Shown here: positions 63,750 through 64,000 of the stretch, piece by piece
Position numbering within the stretch: the first letter of the stretch is position 1
Layout: each line of letters opens with the position of its first letter
From: an uncultured delta proteobacterium
GTDB taxonomy: Bacteria > Desulfobacterota > Desulfomonilia > Desulfomonilales > Desulfomonilaceae
DNA length: 64,000 nt
NCBI GenBank assembly: GCA_963789265.1
Contig: CAWBKB010000007.1
Coordinates: forward strand, 352,001 to 416,000
Direction: 5' to 3'
Position numbers and translations under genes: made by a program
The notes under the pieces: model-generated
What the model saw: the letters and a program-made list of their open reading frames with translations, nothing else
What the model was told of the DNA's origin: nothing
The model's database searches: none

Positions 63750-63885
63750 GCTGGACCCCGGATCTAGTCCGGGGTGACGGCATCATTACCTCGCACTCGG
63801 GAATCCATTGTGGGGGCACCTCTCCCGGGTGCCCGCAAGACGGCAGACACTATCCCGCGTCGCGCGGGACTGCCCCTACTCGTCC

Positions 63886-64000
63886 CTACTCCGCCCCTTC
63901 TTTCAACTCGTCAAACTTGAATTGAACGGTCACCACTCCATCAGTAACCGACTTGTGCAAGACATAAGGTAGCTTATCGAAAGTCTTGAGCATCGGCTTG
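63886..64000 (-). CDS. 3' end of an unidentified gene
   Basis: Open frame ...KPMLKTFDKLPYVLHKSVTDGVVTVQFKFDELKEGAE* running off the window. Confidence 0.4.
   Translation of the reverse strand, partial: KPMLKTFDKLPYVLHKSVTDGVVTVQFKFDELKEGAE

Overview
Window from an anaerobic Desulfobacterota/deltaproteobacterial genome; gene content suggests Desulfomonile-like, which is my inference. It holds housekeeping and envelope genes (tatB, degP, ilvE, guaA, leuC, rfbD, yggT/yggU, AsmA, TPR and PA14 proteins) and a tRNA-Asn with a truncated tyrosine integrase at its 3' end. An anaerobic aromatic-catabolism cluster (44-56.5 kb) combines a corrinoid O-demethylase-like trio, an MFS transporter, a CoA ligase, IclR and hcrBCA-like genes. 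The intergenic DNA is unusually rich in palindromic repeats. Within 56.5-63.8 kb, three small nuclease genes are each embedded in their own repeat family: one RAYT/Y1 HUH transposase and two Ssn-like GIY-YIG nucleases. The last GIY-YIG gene sits in a cas-less repeat-spacer array of 27-bp dRS3-like hairpin repeats with a 65-68 bp period and unique 38-41 nt spacers, two of which contain the genome's own REPs. Three classes of short TIR/TSD-bounded MITEs carry these palindromes, and two of them are seen inserted into other palindromes. Many conserved genes are split by single-base insertions, mostly at GTAC, which points to sequencing error at a methylated motif rather than real pseudogenes.
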